Source: Schmidtea polychroa (taxonomy: Eukaryota). From it: a DNA stretch of 64,000 nucleotides. Under the pieces are notes generated by a model. The model worked only from the letters and a program-made list of their open reading frames with translations, did no database searches and had not been told where the DNA came from. Shown piece after piece: positions 55,801 through 64,000 of this stretch (position 1 is the stretch's first letter; each line of letters begins with the position of its first letter). The position numbers and the translations under genes are program-made. Where the stretch lies: contig CM097885.1 of the NCBI GenBank assembly GCA_044892525.1, positions 50,532,001 through 50,596,000 on the forward strand, read 5' to 3'.

Positions 55801-57278
55801 TTTATAATAATTTTTTTATTTGAAATATCTGTCTTTTATTTGTATTTCTTTTTATTTTAAATTATTATAAGTAATTATACAATAAAACCAAGTGGTTTAA
55901 TTTCAAGGATATTTCAATAGATTATAGTCTTTTCATAGGTGATTGTTTGGGTATGATTACCAAGGAGGATAATTTTATGCTTCAATACCAAGAATGTTTT
56001 AATAATAAAATATTAAAAAAATTGTCTTTTTATTGTAAATTATTTAAAGTAATTTTTCCTTAAAGTCAAACGATAGTTCTATTTAATTTCAGCTTTTTAC
56101 GAGTGATTTTTATAGAGATGGTTGGATGTTGGACATCGAAACGGATAGAATTAATGAACTGGTTAATTAATGAATGATTTTAATGGATTTATTAAGTGTT
56201 ATTTCAGGAATTTTTTAAGTGATTGATTTCGTGAAAATATGATTTGCTAGTCCTTAGATATTTAAATAATTAATTTTGAATAATGTAGGTATTATAACCA
56301 CCATTTCACAAAGCACATGCTGTAAACTGTGACAACGAATGAAATAAAATGTTAAGTTTGCTTGCCGGCAGAACGTATATTAACGAGTATAGACGAAACT
56401 ACTCGAAAATACTATAAACACGAGTGGGACAAGCGTTGGTTGTAATAGCAGAGAATAAGGCATCTATATTCTTTTAAATTTGCCTGGGACAGTGGTCAAA
56501 GGGTTAAGGTGTTAGGCCATTATTTAGATAATGACAACAGCGTTTCCAGGTGAGAATAATACAAAGTTTTGCATTTAAAAATGTCTTTATTGTAAATTAT
56601 GATAATTATAATTATGGTACTTCCATAATTATTAAATTAAATTAGAAAAATACTATTAAAATAACAATATAAAAAATGAGAGAATACATTATTGATGACG
56701 TTATTGAACATGAATTTATTAAGGCTATCTGTGATTTATGTGAGTTTATATGGCGCAAACGTGTTCTAAGCAACAGTGCCGATGTGTTCGACACTATTCT
56801 CAACGACATTGTGGTTTTCTGGCCACCTGGATGACCATTTACAAACTCTTTACAAACATTTGCTGAGTTTGTAACTGTTATTTAGAAAATAAATATAATA
56901 ATTATGTGTTCTTTTTTAATTTAATTTTTGGGGGTAAGATAACATGGAAGTACCTAAATTATTACTATTATATTTTCAGTGTGAATTATAGCCGAGTGGT
57001 TATCACATTCAATGACATCATTGTAGTATTTGGGTTCAAATGTATTACTTTTTTTAAATAACTAACATTTATTATTAGTACGATATGAATTTTTATTTGC
57101 TATAAATTTAAATTATACAAGTGAAATATTAGTGTAAAATTTGATTTAAAAAAAAAACATTTTCCTAAATGAAAATATGATATAATTCATATAAATATCT
57201 AAAGCCGAAAACAATCAAAAAAAACTATTTCTCAAATAAATAGTTAATAATAAGCCAAAACAAATAAATAATAATTTA

Positions 57279-60200
57279 TTAATTAGATACAGCGGTAATT
57301 TTGGAAACGTGATCAGACAATCCATTATTTTCTAATATAGATACAATTCGGTTTTTCAAGGAAATATCTTTCGGTCTTGTTTGAATGATCGCAACCAACG
57401 ATTGGACTCCTCTACTTGCATCTCCTTGTTCAATTTCCGTTTGAGCAACTCTGAATAAATAAATATGGATATAATTAAACACGCTAGAGTAAAAGTAAAC
57501 ATACCTGATAGAGAGGTCCCGGAAATCTGCCACATTTAATGACCGCTGTGCGTTAACGAGTGTTTCTCTTACAACGAGATATTTCTTCTGTAAGAATCGT
57601 ATTAAAAAAAGCTGAAACCAGGACAACGGGTCATTTGTGAAATCTTTAATAAACCGTTTAGCAATTTCCTCAGCCAAATCGAACAATTTAGCGTTGACTA
57701 ATGTCTTGCAAACATGAATGTACATTAGTTTTGCCTTTTGTGCCACCGCTCTTTGGCAGAGTTTACGGAACCGACTCAGCTGTTCATCGTAATTGGCGTC
57801 GTCCTTTCTAGCTACCAATTCATCAATTTCTAAAAATATGTACTTTTTCATGATTTGGAATCGGTTTTCTATATCATTCGCCAATAACGTTTTCATCGCT
57901 CTTTCTGCAACATAGCGAGCCTTGTCGACATTTCTATCATTTTCCAAATAGAAATTCATGAATTTTATCCAGGAATTAGAGTCGTGAGGATGATTGAATA
58001 TTAGCAATTCAAACTCAGTTTCAGTTGTTGGATTTTTGAGACTCTCGCCAGTCTCTCTTCTCTTTTCAGCTGTTCGTATCAATATTTCTTTTTTAACATT
58101 GGTTAATTTTCTGACTTTAGCAGGAGTAGGTTCAGATGTTTCTTCTGCATTATCCTCTACAATTTCTTCATCGTCAGATTGATGTATTCTTTTATAAAGA
58201 GATGATAAATTTCCATTAACCTTTCCATCTTTGCTGATTTTTACCATTGGAATATCATCTTCTGATTCACTGTCTTGCTGGGAATCTTTTGACAAGTCAT
58301 CATTTCCAGATTCACTTTCCTCGACTTGTTCTTCACATTCCATATCTTGATTTTCAGTAATCTCATTACTTTCTTCGATTTGTCCTTCCATTGATTCTTT
58401 TTCCTTTTCTCCATTATTTTCAACCTCTTTATTTTCATTCTCATTTTGGTCTTTGTCTATCAGTTCCTTAATTCCATTAAGACACAAATAGTAAAAATTC
58501 TTGGATCCCTTTTTAGCGATTTCTACAATTCGGCATTGAACTATACTATTATTTTTCGGAAGAAATGGTAAATATTTTTTCAATTTTTTTGCATCGATAC
58601 ATCCTATATTATCAAATGGCAGCTTCAAAATGTATTTGCTTTTAGAAATAACTGATATAACTCTGCAGCAAATAGAATCGCCGACTTCTAAAACTTCCTT
58701 CGTCAAAAAATGACCACTTATGATACCGTTGCCTTTTTTTGCGCCTGTAATCTTAACAGATTTGTTCATATTTGAATAACGTTGAGGTGTGTTTTCAATC
58801 ATTTGTTGAAGCTCTTCAATAGATGAGGAATAATTCAATAACTGAGAACATCCTCTTTGGATTTTTGAAATGTAGAAATATACTTTTGTTTTCGAAACTG
58901 AATGGAAATAAGTTGGATAAGTTTTATCTTTTATTGCCTTGATTTTTCTTGGAAGATTTTTAAATGGAATATCGATGTTGACTATTTGAGATTCATCGGA
59001 ATTAATTGCTTCGTTGATTTCCAAAGAGCCTATAAAGATTTCATTTTCGATAACAGTTTTCAATATAGTGGGATTGCGTTGCTTTACAACCCACATGGAT
59101 TCCTTTGCTGTGTCATTCCAGAAACGTTTCGTTGGAATATAGACTATATTTCCACCAGCATGACCTTGGAATATTGAAACGACAAAGTCTTTATTGAAAC
59201 CTAATACATCAGATGCAATTTTTTGATTCACTTCTATGCAAGTACGATCATTCTTTCGGTGAGAAACAGCATTCACATAGGAATTGATCATAGTTACTTC
59301 TATGGCTTGATCTTTCAGGTCAATATCTATAATTATTGCTTTACGTACATTACTCTCACTTATTGGTGAGTTAGGTAGATGTTGATTTCGGATAAAACCA
59401 ATAACAGAGTTATCGTTGTTCAATTTTAATGTGTAACCCCATTCACATTGCTTTGTTATTATAACTTCTACTAAATCCCCAATATTCAATTTGGAAACTT
59501 TTTCACATGAAACTGAGGATTTTAAATATTTTCTTTCTTCCAGATGGTTTATAAGAAAATTAATGGATGTTACCAGATGATCACTGGCTCTATAAGTACT
59601 GCTCATTTTCAATGTAAATAGAATTCTGCTTAAATTAAGTGGATCCAATTCAATGACTTTTGCCATTACTGTATCTCCTATTTCGAATAAATCTCGAGAT
59701 TGCCCACCGATTGGTGATAGATCGCAAATATCCTTATTTCTAACCAATCCCTTAACACCAGACGGTAACTCAACCAATAATCCGAATGATTCTTTTTTTA
59801 TAATCCAACCAAGCCATTGTGAATTAATTGCTAAGCTGTTGTTATTTTTAACCAATTCATTTTTCACAGCAGCCTCGATCAATGACTTCTTTTTAGATAC
59901 AATGACATTCATGTTGACGTTAATGACAACCACAGATATTTTGATTTGATCTTTTTCTGAAAGAGTGTAATAAGCTTCAAATAATTTCCTGTGCTCCCGA
60001 CTGTCAGACAAATGGATGAATGGCAGGAATGCCATTTTATTGGAAGGACATAATCTAACATTAAACCCATCGACTCTAGCTTTTGTTATCACAGCTTCAA
60101 ATATATATCCTATTTCCATGGTGTTTACTTGCTCATTTTCAATTACTTCTTCATCTTCAGAACTTTCATGTTTCAATGACAATTCAACTTTACCCGTTGC

Positions 60201-63039
60201 AACTTCCCATCTGATAACTTTCACTTCTACTGGTTTACCGACATAATATGCCACTTTCAATGACTTTTGCTTTGACGCTGGAACTCTTCCAATGGGAACC
60301 CAACCCTAAAGAAACAGGATTGAGAGGTTCTTTCATTTTAAAATAATTATCTAACCCATATCAATACATAAATAGTAATATCAAAAACTTCAAATAAATA
60401 ACTCAATCAATAATACTGATAAATTAATAATCTAACAATGTATTTTTTATTATAATAATACTTTTTTGATTTATACATTGCTAGGAGATTAAAAAAATTA
60501 TGTAGAGATGAGACGTCAACATAAAAAACACCATCTGAAAGCTAGTAATATTCAACTTAATTTCAATTTTCGATAATGTTATTATACAGACGAATCCGCT
60601 TAATATCACGGGGTCCGGCCGATATATAAATGTGATATAAACCGAATGTGCTATTAAGCGAAAAAAATGAGTGTATTATCTACGGTTTTTGTTCTACATC
60701 TTGGCGTGATAATAAGCGTATTGTGATATAAAACGATGTGCTATTAAGCGGATTGTACTGTATATATTCCAAAATCATAACTTATGGCCCGGGTTTTGTG
60801 GGGGGGGGGGTATAAAAACTATTTATTTTGCTTATTTTTTTCAATTCCTTACAATGGATACACTCTATATATACACTATATGCTATCTATATATGCTATC
60901 TATATATGCTATCTATATATACACAGATATCATTGCAAGTACGGCACGATGAAGAGAGAAAAAAACATTGGTGCTTCTAATGTTTATGAAAGATGTATTT
61001 AAGAATAAATAAACTCGAATAACTTGTTTTTTAAATAATTTTTTTGCCCTCCCCAATCCGGGTAATACAATTTAATTAATATTTATTATAATGAATATAA
61101 ATTATTTTTCCTACAACTGGACATGTTTGTTGTTTTATTGATTAAGCATATATAAATAATAAATAAAATAAATTGCTAAGGATTATAATTGAAATATTTC
61201 TTTATTGATTAATTTTCCATAAATTTTAATCAATTAAACTTTTGAATAATATTAATTATCCATAATATTCAATTAATTAATTAATTTATAATTTAATATT
61301 GATTATAAATTATATTGAAATAAAATCATTTGATAGCGAAAATTAAATTAATTTTGATAAAAACATTGCCGAATTGATATAATATATAAATCTATATATT
61401 AATTAATATTTTATATATTTTTAATTAAATTTTAAACTTGATAATTAACGGTAGATTGATTAATTTGATTACTGCCGGTTGGGTAGATATTAATTGGAGG
61501 AGCGGTGAAATATATAGAATATAATATAGGAAAATATAATATAGGGATATTAATAACTGTACATAGGTAAGTATTCAATGAATTACCTTGACATTGTTAA
61601 ACAGAATGACAACGAGCCCGAAATCGAGGATTTTCGCAACAAATCCATTGAGTATCATGTCGGTTTTGAGATCAACAATTCCACTGATAATAGGCAATGT
61701 CGACACCATGAAGCTCTTTTTGATGGTGAGCAACAGCCTGTTTTCCGCCAGATCGATATGAAACACTCGACATTGAACCTGGTCACCTGAGACCAGCAAC
61801 TTTTGGGCATTATGCATTGGTTTGTCACTCAAATGGGGAATCGGGATCAATCCTGTTAAATTCGATGAGATCTTCACAGTGAATCCGTGTTTCGAGAACG
61901 CCAGGACAGTTCCTTTGATCCTTTCTCCCAATTTCGCTTGATGGATGCTGAAATATGATTGCGACAGCAAATTGCTGAGTGTAGTTGCAAGGATCACGTT
62001 ATCCATGAGATTATAATCGATATATCTAACGATTATATTGGCGCCGATATCGATTTTCTGTAATTCTTGATCGATATGAGATTTAGCAATGAAACCGGTT
62101 GCATGTTTCATATTGGGAATCGATACAATGATTTTCGTTTTATCGCGCTTCGTTACGGTGCAATTCTTCTCGGAATATCCGATGCAGACATCTAATAGAT
62201 CAGCTGATCCTCTGAATGGCGGTTTCAAATGCGGCATCAATGAACAGTCCAATTGTTTCAATGCCAGATCAATGCCAATAACACACAGTACCTGCTCGGT
62301 TGCGATTTTATCGGTGATTTTGTGGTGATTCGGTTGCACACTGACTGGAAACCCATGAAATTTGCCTTCTAATGAGCCATCATTCGATAGTTTTACGAAG
62401 GTTTTGATTAACATTCCCGGGAGAATTCCATCGAAATCACAGGGATCTACGCTAGAAAGAATAAGGTTTCGTTTTTGATGGTCGGTTGTAAAATTTGTAA
62501 CTCGTGATTTCTTTGCTGGATTATCATTTGGTGAAGTAACCGGAAAGACTTCGATTATTTTTCCGACTTTATATTCTGCATTAGAGCACTCTTCGTGTGG
62601 CAGAAAACCATTTATGCCACCAATACCAGTTTCTAAAATATAACCTTTGTCCTCACGACTTTTAATCGCTACTTGTAATTTAATTCCAAGTTTAAGCCGA
62701 TTAATATTAACATTGCAATTTATTTCAGATGGAATCATTGACAATTCATTACTTTTATTGATATTTTTAGTCAGTTTTACTTGAACTATTTGACCTTTTG
62801 AAAATAACTGATTTAATCCGGCAACTTCCTATAAAGCATAATTAATAAAAAATAATAATTTAATAAATCCAAACATCCATTATATTCTTATCGTCATTAC
62901 ACTGATTTATTAATTTATTATATTCCTCGGATATATTTGCAATACGACAGATACCTGTTTTATTGTGTGGTAAAGATATTAAAAGTTTATATTCGTTGAT
63001 TTCTTTAATTCTTCCAAGTAGCATAGAATCTTTCTCCAT
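57279..63039 (-). CDS. RRP5: rRNA biogenesis protein Rrp5/PDCD11; exons 63039-62875, 62828-61587, 60305-57505, 57450-57279
   Basis: Multiple S1-like repeats (IKSREDKGYILETG, GLIPIPHLSD, AFLPFIHLSD), an acidic linker and a HAT region (P.DSNSWIKFMNF..DKARYVAERAMKT). GT-AG introns are in phase. The start codon is uncertain. Confidence 0.9.
60587..60760. mobile_element. pogo/Tigger-like MITE in an RRP5 intron
   Basis: TA|CAGACGAATCCGCTTAATA ... TATTAAGCGGATTGTACTG|TA. Confidence 0.8.
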
Positions 63040-63413
63040 AATGTATTACTAAAAAATAAATCTATTCAAATGTACATTAAAAAAGTTATTGCATACATTA
63101 AAATTGAAAAAAATCAGAACGTGAATTTTAAAAACCTATTTATATGGAATATTTAAACAAATATCTTACTTTGGAAATAGAATTTTTGAAATTATTTAAT
63201 TATAAAATAAAATTAACTTTGAAAATAAAATTGATTTTGAATTTCATGAAATAGTGTGTGAGTTTTTACATCAAAAAGGATGGTAACAATTAAAAATATA
63301 ACAATTAGTTGATGATTAATTTTATTGTTATTTAAAATTAATCAACATAAAATAAGAAATTTTAAAATTACAGTTTTAGGTTTTGTAAAGATATAACTTA
63401 AGTCATTACGAAT

Positions 63414-63772
63414 CAGTGGCGTAACTAGGGGGGGGGCATTTGTCCCCGGGCGCCAAAATTAGGGGGCGCAAAATTAGGGAAGCCAATTTGGAACAAAAAT
63501 TAAGTAATAAATTATTCTTAAGATCTAAGAGATTAATATATTTTTTATTACTTCATTAGTTTCTTAGAATAGATGTGCGTGCATTCAGAAATGTTTGAAA
63601 AAATTGATTTTAATGAGATTATAGATATTTTTGCCACGACAAAAGCCAGAAGAATTAATATTTAATGTTAAACTGTATTTTGTCTAAGTCAATAAATATT
63701 ATCTATACGCTTATTAAAATCTGTTAAACCTGTTTCGTTATTCGTCATTAATATTCTTTAAAAAAATTAAAT

Positions 63773-63829
<57 letters not shown>

Positions 63830-63883
63830 GGGCGCTAATTTCTCAGTTGCCCCCAGGCGCAAGAACCTCACAGTACGTCACTG
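63414..63883 (+). mobile_element. hAT (Tip100-like) deletion derivative
   Basis: CAGTGGCGTA ... TACGTCACTG with a perfect 8-bp TSD TTACGAAT; internal transposase tail IDFNEIIDIFATTKARRINI*. Confidence 0.88.
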
Positions 63884-63948
63884 TTACGAATACTTTTAAA
63901 TGAAAATGAAAGTGGCAAAACCAGCCAACAATTAAGTTATGACAAATG

Positions 63949-64000
63949 CAGTGCTCGAAGTGGAACAAAATATGTGCCGGGATAGGCATGCTGTGGCACC
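63949..64000. mobile_element. Start of a hAT-like MITE running out of the window
   Basis: CAGTGCTCGAAGT terminus; sequence shared with 8730-9166. Confidence 0.5.

Noticed and set aside
57451..57504. Segment YVYFYSSVFNYIHIYLFR in the 993-aa ORF
   Set aside because: It is an in-frame 54-bp GT-AG intron read through by the ORF caller.

Overview
Very AT-rich, intron-containing eukaryotic DNA. The composition, the (TA)n/(ATT)n microsatellites and the TE content suggest a planarian-like invertebrate, but this is inference. Two host genes converge on a transposon-dense interval: a spliced KH-domain PCBP/hnRNP-E-like gene (+, 3072-17438, 5' end outside the window) and an Rrp5/PDCD11 S1-repeat gene (-, 57279-63039). 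The centre is a four-level nest of five elements. A Blackjack-like hAT remnant holds a Charlie-like MITE (8-bp TSD), which holds a Ty3/Gypsy retrotransposon (219-bp LTRs, GTCTT TSD). The Gypsy pol is split by a Buster-like hAT derivative. Its 5' LTR is split by the most striking feature, a 14.4-kb near-perfect palindrome (29346-43744; arms of about 6.8 and 7.0 kb around a 557-bp spacer). This element has AGTAG...CTACT termini and a 6-bp TSD (Polinton/Maverick-like ends), AP-1/CRE/GC-box-packed termini and a dead IAP-type RING cargo gene, and no visible polymerase, integrase or capsid. Penelope-like remnants with minimal hammerhead motifs, a second dispersed U3-A8-type hammerhead-like motif family and many MITEs are also present.
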